Positions 43,017 to 55,922 of a DNA stretch of 64,000 nucleotides are shown here, piece after piece. The notes beneath the pieces are model-generated. The model made no database searches, had not been told where the DNA came from, and saw only the letters and a list, made by a program, of their open reading frames with translations. The stretch covers positions 11,656,001-11,720,000 of the forward strand of contig OZ249437.1 of assembly GCA_965235115.1 (NCBI GenBank). Direction: 5' to 3'. Each line of letters opens with the position of its first letter. The first letter of the stretch is position 1. The translations under genes were made by a program, and so were the position numbers. Source of the stretch: Laetmonice hystrix. Taxonomy: Eukaryota.

Positions 43017-43556
43017 TGTATATACTGTATGTACGCATTCTTCTATAGCATTGACGAGATACTAATATCAATATTGGGAAAACATATGACAAGAACAATG
43101 TAATCTAGCACAATACTTCACTGATATACAGACAGAGCAAATGAAAAACACATCGTGAGGGCGCTATTCCCATTTCATTAAATGAGGGTATTGGTAATTT
43201 AGACATAACCGGGTACAGAAAGAGAACAATAAATTGGGGGGGGGGGGGTCTAATAACCCGAGCAATGCGATTCTTCCTCACTGACTGATTCTGATGCCCA
43301 TATATAGATAAAACAGCGATTCTTTGTGTGAGACCGAAATCATAGGGGCCGACTTGAAGATCAAAGCTGGCTTGGGTCTGTACAGGCTAAAACAGTGGTC
43401 TGAGGCAAAGGTAACCGTGCTGGTTAGACACCCGCCTCGACTGTTTGCCATATAGGGCGTAATTTATGGCCTCAATGTCCACATCAATCCGTCTTGGAGG
43501 CATTAGCCAGCAGGAACAATAAATGATTAATAACTGTGAGGTTGACCTACTTCACA

Positions 43557-44212
43557 ACTCCTCACAGACTACACGTTGTCGCCCCAGTGGGCTGAATGAG
43601 ACTGTATTCAGGCCTCGACCAATGTCTCGTTCTCTTGTCCACAACATTGACTCCTCACAGACTACACGTTGTCGCCCCCAGTGGGCTGAATGAGACTGTA
43701 TTCAGGCCTCGACCAATGTCTCGTTCTCTTGTCCACAACATTGACTCCTCACAGACTACACGTTGTCGACCCAGTGGGCTGAATGAGACTGTATTCAGGC
43801 CTCGACCAATGTCTCGTTCTCTTGTCCACAACATTGACTCCTCACAGACTACACGTTGTCGCCCCCAGTGGGCTGAATGAGACTGTATTCAGGCCTCGAC
43901 CAATGTCTCGTTCTCTTGTCCACAACATTGACTCCTCACAGACTACACGTTGTCGACCCAGTGGGCTGAATGAGACTGTATTCAGGCCTCGACCAATGAC
44001 TCGTTCTCTTGTCCACAACATTGACTCCTCACAGACTACACGTTGTCGACCCAGTGGGCTGAATGAGACTGTATTCAGGCCTCGACCAATGTCTCGTTCT
44101 CTTGTCCACAACATTGACTCCTCACAGACTACACGTTGTCGCCCTGAGTGGGCTGAATGAGACTGTATTCAGGCCTCGACCAATGTCTCATTCTCTTGTC
44201 CACAACATTGAC
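43557..44212. repeat. 93/94-bp tandem repeat, 7 near-identical copies
   Basis: actcctcacagactacacgttgtcg(a/c)ccc(c)agtgggctgaatgagactgtattcaggcctcgaccaatgtctcgttctcttgtccacaacattg. Confidence 0.97.
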
Positions 44213-45014
44213 GAGTAGTGAAATCGCCTACGGCTCAAGTGAAGGAAAGACGATCCCTAACTTCATGTTACTAGCCGATTCATGACCTCATCAATGGCTC
44301 GGTCGAGTCGTGCGGCTATTGCCTCCAATATTTGTGAGACGGGAATCATGATTATTAGGATCTAGGTGAAAAGTTCGACAAATGAAGTCCCAGGGTCTCG
44401 GAGCAGTGTCTCGTTTCTAACACCAATATTAGATACGAGTAGGGGTTCAATGTCCAGGGACTGGCGTGGGCCATTACTGACCCCAGCTGGACAGTGGTCA
44501 GTGTGGCGCCCATAGACAGGCGGCCACTATAACTCAGACAGTGGCGGACGTGCGGGCCCGTTGGGACATCTGAACGTTGAACGAGACGTGCTGCTCGTCC
44601 CGTCTCACACAATGGGATCACACTTGACCGTCCGATGTAAACCGACGCGGACATTATAGAGCTTCACACTCCACACTGGTCATACTCGAGTTTCTTATCT
44701 TCTTGGTGATCCTTTTCGTGAGATTAATTTACGGATTTATGAGCGTCAGTGTTATAACCCTTCCTATTGTTTGCTGGCGGATGATATAACTGAACGAATT
44801 TATAAGCTCCTATATTTATAACACCTGATTGAACTGTTGTGAATCGATTTAATAATGGCATACACTGCCAGGTTTCATTTCAGAATTACAAATTGGTCGA
44901 GAGTCCTCGTGGATTAACATGAATAATAAAATGGTCACGCTGAACCATAATCTTTGCTGTTATTAGATAATTAAATAGATCAACAGACCTATCATATGTT
45001 ATGTACAGCAAATA

Positions 45015-45264
45015 CAGGGTGTCCGGAAAGTTACTGTGCAGTGGGAAAAGGTTTAAATAATACATCGAACAGATCACTCGCGCCACCCTCCAAAAGGTGT
45101 TCGATAATATGCAGCGTCGGGTGCGGACCTGTCTTCAGGCCTCTGGGGGTCATTTCCAACATTTGCTGTGTAGGAGAAACGGCAATATCGTAAATAAAAC
45201 TTCATTTTTAATAACATTATATTTAAACCGTTTCCCACTGCACAATAACTTTTCGGACACCCTG
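45015..45264 (+). mobile_element. Internally deleted Tc1/mariner-superfamily element retaining transposase C-terminus
   Basis: TA|cagggtgtccggaaagttactgtgcagtggg ... cccactgcacaataacttttcggacaccctg|TA; internal IEQITRATLQKVFDNMQRRVRTCLQASGGHFQHLL resembles the GGHFEHLL transposase terminus. Confidence 0.85.
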
Positions 45265-45387
45265 TATAAGAGCTGCGCAAACATAATGTAAAGGTGTCAT
45301 ATCATCTGATGTGACTTTTTACAATCGTACTCAATCAGTACAAGGTGTAGGTTTAATCATGAATGTATAGACCCTACCGGTGGTTGT

Positions 45388-45692
45388 AAAAAAACACTAA
45401 AAATCAAATATTATAATATATCTAGTGACACATACGCGGTCATTTTGAAAAAGGGCACTAAAAATCAAATATTATAATATATCTAGTGACACATACGCGG
45501 TCATTTTGAAAAAGGACACTAAAAATCTAATATTGTAATATATCTAGTGACGCATACGCGGTCATTTTGAAAAAGGACACAAAAAATCTAATATTGTAAT
45601 ATATCTAGTGACACATACGCGGTCATTTTGAAAAAGGACACTAAAAATCTAATATTGTAATATATCTAGTGACACATACGCGGTCATTTTGA
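45388..45692. repeat. 61-bp tandem repeat, 5 copies
   Basis: cactaaaaatc(a/t)aatatt(a/g)taatatatctagtgacacatacgcggtcattttgaaaaagg. Confidence 0.95.
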
Positions 45693-48600
45693 ACTGACTG
45701 TACTCCACTCATTTCCTAGGCACATTACGGTGCGTGGTAGAACTGATGTAATGGATTAAGGGAGGTCTACACTGACCAGCCGTCTGTTCCCATGGCAGCG
45801 GGTCCGACAAGGCGCACTTTGTGGCTGGTCAGTGTAGCTTCAGCCAACTCCAACGTAAGCCCTCCCGACAATGATCAAACAAAGGGGCTTGGCTACCATG
45901 GGAACAGAGCCGACGCTGGATTATGTCCCCATCCTCCTCTCAAATACAATGGTACTGCTCGTCGTGGGAATCCACTTGGTATGCATGTCAGGCTGACATG
46001 GAACCTGCTTCATATGTGTATTTTCACGGACGCTTCGACTGGAGGCGGGAGTTTACGAGCTCAATATTAGAACACTGTGGTGTGAATAAAGGAGTCCTAG
46101 CTAACCGTGGTGGCCGGCTGGTGATTTGTCACAAGTCTCCAGGTTTGAGCTGCCATGACCTGATATCCGTTATAAGGTCCAATTCTCCCGTGCCACCCCC
46201 CCCTCCTCCCCATCCACACGCACGTGCCAATACCCACGGGCACACACACCCCCACCCCCACCCCCCACACAACAACATTACGTTCTCCGGTAGGATTCTG
46301 AGCGGCGTTCAGAACTGGTGCGGTATCAGGAACGTCACGCCCGCCCTACAGTAGACAGGAGACATTACACATATACCCCGGCTGCACCAAGCAAATCTCC
46401 TTCCCCCATATAATTCCATTCAGTAATACATGCATATTCTGATAACATGAAACAGTTGCACTTATTAAGCCCGGAAGCAATGCGACTCGAAATCAATCTT
46501 GCCAAGCAGAAACTTAATCAGTCATCATGCATGGCACTTCGGTAATTTCTTCAAATCTTGAACTAAGCATCTGTGACATTACATCTGTAGCTGGAAATGG
46601 AACTGCTACTTTTGATTGATGGAGGGAGTTTGTTAAACCATGCCATAATTAGAAAGGCTGATCCTGAAATGTGTTACTGATGTACGTGTGTATTTTCACA
46701 GCTGGATAAAACTGTATAAGTATGTGTGGTACATGTATTATACTTCTACATGCGTCGACATTGCGATAATCACATGTATTAAAGGCCTATAGTATGCCAT
46801 AGAGTACATTACAATATGCTATATTGAAACATTTGACGTCCCTCAGTGCCAATTCCGAGTGTTTCCTAACATGTCTGAAACTGTCAGTCTGAACTGTCAA
46901 CTAAAGTGTGTCAGTGCCAAATATGGGTCATACAACAATAGGGTGAAACGGGTGGGGGTTGTGGTGGGTGGTTGGCTGTCCGTACTCAATGAGAACACTG
47001 CATGAGTCTGGGCTAGACACGTACCCCGTGGATAGCAAGAATCCCATTGTCCTTTACACATGGCTTCCATTGTCTGTCAACAGCAATCTGCTTTTGGTTT
47101 CATTATGGAGGCATCATCAGCACACCGACTTTGCTCATTACCTTTTCTGATTATCAAGTAACAGAATTGCCTTTTTCTCTGTTGTAGGCTAATTGCTTAT
47201 TGCAATATTCCACTTTTTGTACCTGTGGAATTCACCACAATTGTCCTATCCATATTAGTGGTTAAGGGGTTAATTCCCTATTTTAGCAAAGTGTAATATC
47301 CTTTGATGCTATATGCGCTATGCAATGAAGGACGGGTATATTTAGGCACGAGTTAAAGTGACCCTTTCTTAAACTGTTTGATTTATTTTTAGGGCTTGTA
47401 ATCTTTTCAACCCGGGGATCTAAGATGTTGTTTTAATAAGATTTGAAGGTTCAGGAATGCTATGTACGCCTATTTTTTTCTCACTGATTTTATAACGTCT
47501 TGCAGACCATTCAATCCCCTCTAGTTATGCAGCCTGTTTTTCCAAATAAACTTCATAGGGGTCCTAGTTTAAGTGTTTAATAGAATTGCCTCCAAGTTCG
47601 CTAACAATGATGAATAAGCGACAAAGTAGAATAGTAGCGATACAAATGGTGATCTATGGCTGACAAACCCTCTACCTTGACAAGTGCTCATTGCAAATAA
47701 CCGGTTACATAAATCAAATTTCCTTAACGATTGAAATCAAAAAGAGAGTCACGACACACGCATTTTGCAAAGACGAGTCTAAATAGGAATAGAAATTTGA
47801 ATTATGGGTTCCTTTTAATCTATTCTTAAGAGTAAATGAAATGAAGTGAAGTTTCTTATCCACGTTCTCCTATTCAGCATCGAAACAACTTCGCTCATTA
47901 TGCTATCACATTATTGTGTAAGATATTAGTTTTTTCGCTGCTGTATACTAATTGTCTGTTACATTATCACTTTTCATTGTATTTCAGGAATTGGCAGTAA
48001 TTCTACTTTCCATCTTCACTATAAAGCTTTTAAATGGCAATGGCTCCTTTAGGTTCATTTGTCAGGATTTCTAGTTAAGAAACTTGTGCGATTATCGTCA
48101 ACTCGCATTTACTGCATGTTTCCGTAAGGTTATTTTCATTTTGTTCCATATATTTTACTCTAGTTGTGTTTGGTTTAACAGAAGTTAGTTTAAAACTGTT
48201 TATTTTGATATTGTTTGTCACATTCATCGTCGTTGTCATTATCACCATCGTCATCATTCTGAACTATACATGTTTAAAAGATAATATAGTTGAATAAACG
48301 TAGAAAAAAAGACAGTATATGTATAATAATGTACACAGTACACAGGGATAGTAGTCATAAAACAGTCGTTATGTAAATATTATGTTTATAGGGATTTCCC
48401 ACAAATTCTTACACTCCCACTGTTACCTGTACCAAAGTTTCCCCCCTAAAATTTCGAACTATATTTAGTTGTTGTGGATAGAATTCGAACGTTTTTTCAC
48501 TCCTTTGTTATCAGATATCTATTCTTCCTACGTCTACTGAGCTGTGTGCCGCTGTCTGACGCTGCCATTCTGAACTCTTAGTATGACCTAAAACCTCACT

Positions 48601-50231
48601 TTTTCTATACTACTCATTCACAATTGTATGGGACTGCCGCAGTGACTGCATCCGTATTGTGCTATGTATTGTGCTTGCTGTTTAGATAAATACATTGTGG
48701 CAAATTGCTTCCATAGAGACAGTGTTATTGCACAGATAATAATAGCACGTCTGTTCTTAGCAATCTCCCAACCCATGAACACGTCCAACACGCATGCACG
48801 CACACACGCACCAACGCCTACCGTTCAACACACTAGTGAACCAGTCCAATGTCTGTATACCCCATTTCAGACTGACGTATGGACGCCGGGGCTGGCCTAG
48901 TGCTGATTACAATAATCCAATCAGTGGATGTATCCATAATTAATCACAAAACAAAAGAAATGTGGCCTAGTACCGCCGCACTATCTAGCCCATAAAAGTT
49001 CGTCTGAGTTAGTTCGGGTGATTCAACGAGGTCCATTCAATGACGTTAAAATAGTAGACCTGCATGGAGCCAGATTGACCCTGTCTGAGTCAGTCAGTGA
49101 CATGCTAACGGCGAACCATGACCAGGAACGCTACGTATCGTCTGCTTACATAACGACGTCATCAGACAGCGCCACAGTGCGGTGAACTTAGCCATACTGT
49201 CTGTCCGGTCAGCTGAACTTAACATAGAATAACTCTGGTCTCCTCACGGGTGCCAAGGGTCAGCAGCGGGCGGCGCTACCTCAGCTTTTACTTAATTTAC
49301 ATGACAAACAATAGCTCCACTAGAGCATGAATCTGTCCATCCATGTGTGCTTTGTCCCACAGCGATCCATAGAGATTAAGGAATGGATTTCCATTCTAAC
49401 ATTCAATTCTCAACGAAACCGTGAAACATCTGAGGCACCTAACGGGTCCAATGGAAAAATATGTTCTTTCTGAACTTTAAGGTTGAATGACGATCAATGA
49501 CATCTGAGAAATAATGCACTGCCTTGTACGTTCCCATTTTCTGTGTCCTTTAAAAAAATGTTTTCTGCTCATCAATTACCAATCTCTTGTACGGTATTAA
49601 ACAGAGACAGTATGACTGGGAGAAAATGTATGGATTAATCAAAGTCAGTATATCTGGGATGGAATGTCTGGTATAGTTCATAATACGATCAAGGAATGAA
49701 AACATGAAAATAATAAACTATCTTCAAAATACACCATACTGGCAGATAGGCCTATATTCCTCGGGCCTTGTCTCAAATTGTTACGTATTAAAAATGGTTG
49801 AACTTGAAGCCATGCACGGCTATGTCAGGTTGATGGCGGCGTGCCTGTCAGGCAGACAGTGGGTGTGTGCCAGTGACAGTGGTGGGGGAGGGGGAGTAAG
49901 TGGGGGGGGGGGGGGTAGGTGGGGGCGGGGCTAGAGGTCATGACTGGGGACAACATTCACCCTCAACTCAGCAATGAATCAGGTCAAAGAACCTAGATTA
50001 AAATAGAGAGAAAGTGAGTGGCTCAAAGAAGCGACTCAAAGCGAAGCAATGTATAATCAAAACTGTGGAAGTAGTCAATGGACTATATTCAAAGGACTGA
50101 GCGACCTTCATTAATGGAGGCATTGGTATTGAAACTTTCCACTCGAGAAGATAGAATCCAGGACAATAGGCCAGGGAAAAATCATCACCTTTCTCCGATA
50201 ATACCCAGGAGCTCTGGGTGTCTCATGGTCA

Positions 50232-50233
<2 letters not shown>

Positions 50234-50269
<36 letters not shown>

Positions 50270-50310
50270 AGAGAGAGACCAGACAGAGACAGAGAGACAG
50301 ACAGAGACAG
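50234..50310. repeat. (GA)n/(GACA)n microsatellite
   Basis: Direct reading. Confidence 0.95.
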
Positions 50311-52449
50311 CGAGCTTTAGCTTCTTGCCCTCATCATGAGTTCAACCATTATTAGCCCAGGTAACGTCATTGTCCCGTAGTGGCACAGTGACATAGATGT
50401 CATTTTATGGGTGGATAGCCTACCCCCTCCTTACATAACAAATAAGAGAATAGTAGATCTAGGCCTACCAGGAAAAGGTGAAAACGTGATCACCTCGACT
50501 AGGCCTACACCGTATTCGAACTTATTTTTGACCACGTTGGATACCTTTTTGGCAGGTTTCCCCCTTGGACACCCCCCTCCCTTTCCAAAATCCTGAGCCT
50601 GTCATTAGACACCACTCCTGATAGGTGATCTTCCTGTCCTAAACATTCAGGTATAATGTCTACTGCACTGGATCCGACCGTTCAAGGTGTCAGTGTCGTT
50701 TGTCCTCCAGGGGTCACACACATCACACGTATAATACACGCCGCCTAGGCCCACACACCCACACTCCTACACCTGACGGCACCACACCGCACTCACTCCT
50801 TGAGCACCAGTCTAGTTCAGAAACACCGTGCACCTTGACAGACACCAACTCGGGTACGGCCTTGTCAATACTCGCAGCAGTTCACAGGGCTGCCTCACGA
50901 TACACCGACTCCCAGCGGGCACACACGTGCTGCCATCTAGTGAGCGTATCTCTCTCAACTAGGGAGTCGTACGTTTCAATCATACCTCGCGTTGCTCGTG
51001 AATTCAGAGAGGAAACGCCTTACCGACTGAACAGTACAGGTGATATCTCACCTCGAAATGCTAATCGGCCTCCGGCAGGTGATACTCTGCATTTGAAATG
51101 CATCGGTCATGGCATTCATCGGAGGCTTTCTGAGGAGTTCAGCCGCTGACTGATAATCCTCCCCGACAAGATTATCCTGGGCTAATCCAGACCCTGCAAT
51201 TCGTTATGGTAATTGACTCAGTAGAAAAGATGGTTTCCAACGAAAGAGGTTTTCATTCTTAGCACAACTACAAACGTCTATCTGACTGATTACAATTCTA
51301 CCAGTAGATTTTTCCAGTCTAACTTCTGAAGGGACAGGACACTTCAACCGTGGTAAAATCTTCTGGTACCTCCTCTTGACACTCGACATGCTATGGATCT
51401 TCGACTAATTCAGGACATGAATGAAGTAGGAAGAGAAAATGTCAGTATTGATGTGTTTATTATGGTTACGATACTGTACAGTAAGACCAAACATGTAGAC
51501 AGTAACACCACCAACATGATTGAAGGAGGAGAATAGAAATAGAGGGTTGGAATAAAAAAAAGTGACATCTCGTACAATTAGGGTCCCTAATCTGGCCAAA
51601 ATAAATAAATAAAATAAATAAATAAAAGTTTACAATACAAATGCTACATACATATTGAAATATGGAAAAAGCAAGTACCCTAGCTATGATTAATTGATTA
51701 GTAAGCGACGGCGCTGGTCGGATGCATGATGGTCTACCAGTTCTGTCAAAGTCAAGTTATTCATCAGAGTGGTGCAGGAGAGTGGAACCTCCTGTGAAAC
51801 ATACATTATGTTCAATGAATTGTCACTAATTATCCTGATTCTTCCAAATAGTGGATTTCTATTATAGAAACTTATTGCTACCATCTGCTTTCGTGTGCTG
51901 TTTAGTTAATAGTGACTCAAAATACTTACTGCTTGTAAAGATACTGAATCAAATTATGATTAAGCTATGATTTGATAATCCATTTCTTTAAAATACTTTT
52001 AAAGATCCCATTAAACGCTGATTCACATGAGGGAATGATTTGTTTTATGTAACCTACAGAATAATCTATGAACTGAATCTTATATTTGAAGTCATCGCCG
52101 TTTTACAACATAACAATATAAACTGTCGTCGAAGCATAATTCCGATGCCAACGCACTGTTTCATTTTGACGCCTTGAAAATAAACCTCTAGAAATTAACC
52201 AATCAGATTTTGCCTATTCAGTGACCCTGATAAAGTAAGGAGAGAGATAACTTTTCTACTGTGTATCACTTCTGTTTTTAAATGATACATCTCAGTATGA
52301 CTTTTTAGTATTTCTATCACTTATTAATTTCTGATATTAAATACAAATGTACAGAAATGGTAAAAGAAATCGATGATATAGTTGATAATCTAAATGTTTT
52401 CCTACCAAAAATCGTATCTTAATATGATTTCCCTCGTGCCATAAACACT

Positions 52450-52619
52450 AAAGGCAAATTTCGACCAACGAAATGGGGTTTCACGACACACAACGGACGG
52501 TTATGCAAATGCTGTGACCTAGATGGCACGGCAGGTAAGCAGGGTATAAAAGTGAGTAGGCCAGAAAGATTGGGCCTTCTTGAAAGTGGACGATCAAAAC
52601 AAGGAGCGGCGTTTTCGTT
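52450..52619 (+). repeat. Repeat A1 (170 bp; identical copy at 56252-56421) containing octamer and TATA box
   Basis: ATGCAAAT 52503-52510, TATAAAA 52545-52551; no mismatch seen against A2. Confidence 0.95.
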
Positions 52620-53198
52620 AGAGTTTCTAGCTAGTGAAGCGTGACTACGGCGGCGGAGCAAGTGGGTGCTGTCGTGACGGTGGAGAGAGCTGGGTTGAAA
52701 CGTTTAGCGTTTTGTTGCATGTCTCGTCGGTGGTGCAACGGTCGGACGGTTTGGGTGCTCGTGACGAAAGTGTGGGACACGTGGTGGAGCTGAAGTCTTC
52801 GTGGAATTTCGTTGGAGTGTGGTACATGTAAGTTTGACTATGCTGGTGGAAATTTGGACTGGAAAAGTTGGCCCTATTTTGACCCAGAGGGCTGATCAGT
52901 GCGGTTGTTAAAGCAGTACAGCTGTTACGTTAGTGTGACGGTGCAGACAGTGTTGGTGTCGGCGAGAGAAGTGGGGTGCACGTTTTATACATTGGGTCTT
53001 GAAATAATCGTGGTTGCTCGGCTGTCTTGCCGCTTTGTGTATGGGATGGTTGACCAAGGTTTAGGCCTGTTGGTGGCTCGTGGTAAAGCTGTGCTCGTTA
53101 TGGAAAGACTGCCCCGGCAGGGTTGGGGGTTGGGGGGTGGGGGCTGTGCTCGGTTGAAAGACTGCTTGGTAATGTGGGGGAGCAGTGCTACTGCTAGT

Positions 53199-53970
53199 GG
53201 GGGGAAGACTGCGCAGCAGTTGGGGGGTTCGGAGCTTGGGGAAGGCTGCTTCGGCAGTGTGGGGGTTCTGTGCTTGTGGGGGAAGACTGCTTCGGCAGTG
53301 TGGGGGTTCTGTGCTTGTGGGGGAAGACTGCTTCGGCAGTGTGGGGGTTCTGTGCTGTGGGGGAAGGACTGCGCAGCAGTTGGGGGTTCTGAGCTTGTGG
53401 GGGATGACTGCTTCGGCAGTGTGGGGGTTCTGTGCTTGTGGGGGAAGACTGCTTCGGCAGTGTGGGGGTTCTGTGCTGTGGGGGAAAGACTGCGCAGCAG
53501 TTGGGGGTTCTGAGCTTGTGGGGAAGACTGCTTCGGCAGTGTGGGGGTTCTGTGCTGTGGGGGAAGACTGCTTCGGCAGTGTGGGGGTTCTGTGCTGTGG
53601 GGGAAAGACTGCGCAGCAGTTGGGGGTTCTGAGCTTGTGGGGAAGACTGCTTCGGCAGTGTGGCGGTTCTGTGCTTGTGGGGGAAGACTGCTTCGGCAGT
53701 GTGGGGTTCTGTGTTGTGGGGGAAGACTGCTTCGGCAGTGTGGGGGTTCTGTGCTGTGGGGGGAAGGCTGCTTCGGCAGTGTGGGGGTTCTGTGCTGTGG
53801 GGGAAGGCTGCTTCGGCAGTGTGGGGTTCTGTGTTGTGGGGGAAGACTGCTTCGGCAGTGTGGGGGTTCTGTGCTGTGGGGGGAAGGCTGCTTCGGCAGT
53901 GTGTTGTGTGGGGGGAAGGCTGCTTCGGCAGTGTGGGGTTCCGTGTTGTGGAGGGAAGTCTGCGCGACAG
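53199..53970 (+). repeat. G-rich ~40-bp minisatellite inside the element, ~20 units
   Basis: gggggaagactgcttcggcagtgtgggggttctgtgcttgt and variants; source of the 295-414 aa low-complexity ORFs. Confidence 0.95.
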
Positions 53971-55922
53971 TTGGGGGGGGGGGGGGTGCGTGCTCGAGGT
54001 GAAGACTGCGTTGGTAGTCAGGGGGGACCCGGGCTTGCGGGGGGAGGGGGCGGCGGCGGCGGTCTGGGGGGAGCGTCTCATGGTGAAGACTGTGGGGGGG
54101 GGGGGGGGGGTTACAAGTTTGGGGTTTACCTTTGGGGAAAAGTGTTACTATATTGTTGTTATTATTAGTGTTATTAGAGGTATTGGTTATTATTGTTAGT
54201 GATATTGTTAGCAGCTTGAATGGTAACATTGTGAAAGGGGTAGTTTTATCATTTTTACGAAAGTATTGTTAAACGTATCGTGTGACCGTAATTTAATTTA
54301 TAATCGAGTTTCAAAAAAAATTATTATTGGATTTTCCTATAATTATTCAGTTTATTGATTATTACCAATATTCCTAAAATCGCTGCTGTTATTATTAAAT
54401 ATTTTGGTCCTAAGTATTGATTGTGTGTGTTTGTGTTTTTTTTTAAATAGCGTTATTGTATTTAGTAGTGGTACTGTTAGTAGTTTGATTAATATTATAA
54501 ATATTAATATTAATATTATAGTATGTGTTAGGATGTTTAATTAGTTTTCTTTCAGGAGATGATTTGAATGTTATTCACTTGTATGCTTCTTTTGGTCGCT
54601 GGTGGTTGTTCCTATCACATTAGGGTCAGGGGATATCCGGTAAAAGGCAGCAGGGGGGTTAGCTGTGGTGGTTCCCATGTCGTTCGGTATGGGTTGAAGT
54701 GGCTCGGGTGGTGCCGTGGGGCTTGTGTAAGGTGGTGCCGGCAGGCTGGTGATGGTGGTGCCGGTAGGCTGGTGATTGTGGTGCCGTTTGGCTGGTGATG
54801 CCGGGGGGGACTGAGGATGTTGCTTCCGTTGGGATTGTAATGGCCGGTAGGCTGACTAGGGTGGTGCCGGTAGGCTGGCGATGGTGGTCCGGGTAGTCTG
54901 CGGTGTTGGTGACGTTATGTTGGGTAGTGGTTGTGCCGATGGGCTGGCGGTGGTGGTGCCGGTAGACTGACGGTGTTTGTGACGTTAGGTTGGCGATGGT
55001 GTGGCGGTAAGTTGATGATGTTGGTGTCGTTAAGTTGGCGATGGTTGTGGCGGTAAGTTGACGAGTTTGGTGTCGTTAAGTTGGTTGTACGGTATTACGC
55101 TAGTGTGTTTCTTTTTCATGCTGCGTCGGCCATGGGACGACCGGAGGTGGTGGCGTTGATATTGGTGTTGTGGTGGACCGTCGTCGTGAGATAACAGGTG
55201 CCTCAGCGGGGTTGCCTGATGGAATAAGGAGATGTGGCGTCGGTGGGGACAAGTCGTTACCATTCAAGAAGATGGATTTGGAGTCCGAGAAGACAGAATT
55301 CACGACGTTCAAGGGAATGGACAACCTGTCTGAGCGTGGGCATGAAGAAATGGTTGGGTATTTCAAACTGGGTGTTGGAATGATTGGGTGAATAATAGAT
55401 GATGGGGAAGGTCCTGTTCCAAGTGGTGGAAATGGTTGAATAGTTCAAACGGATGATCGGGGTCGCCTTTACGCTTTTCCAGGGTTTTACCTACAGTAGG
55501 ATTTATCCCTGGTTTTTGGTGCGGGAGGTCGATCGGTGCCTGATGGTTAAGGTTTTTTTTTTAATTTAGGTACGATAGCTAGAGATGTCCGATAACTTGG
55601 GATGGCATATTGGTTAAGTGCTGGTGTGGATGATTATCTTGCGGGGGCTAATGATTGGTGTCCCAGTATATATTGTCGGCTCGGTGTGTTGGCTATGAGG
55701 TGATACTATAAGCATGGTATGTGGGATGTCTGTATAGGATAATACTCTTGGAAGAAGGAAGGGGTACGATGTGAGGGAAAATATATTTATTGCCAGCGTG
55801 TGCATGATCCGGTGGGGTATCTTGTTTTCCTGCCACCACGCTCCTGTGGAGTAACAATTCGGAGGGTTTATGTGCCTCGCCGGTTTGGTTGGGTGGGCCC
55901 GGGATGACGTTTGTCATCCGGT

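Noticed and set aside
43557-44212. Hammerhead-containing satellite (CTGAATGAG...CTCGAC)
   Set aside because: Extra base in the CUGANGA box and no GAAA; only a generic hairpin.
44355-44654. VYIG...ETGR in a minus ORF resembling a GIY-YIG endonuclease
   Set aside because: Motif spacing wrong, no GIY half, no adjacent RT.
52985-54229. 414-aa, 327-aa and 295-aa ORFs overlapping on both strands
   Set aside because: Low-complexity translations of the G-rich minisatellite; no domain motifs; open in several frames at once.
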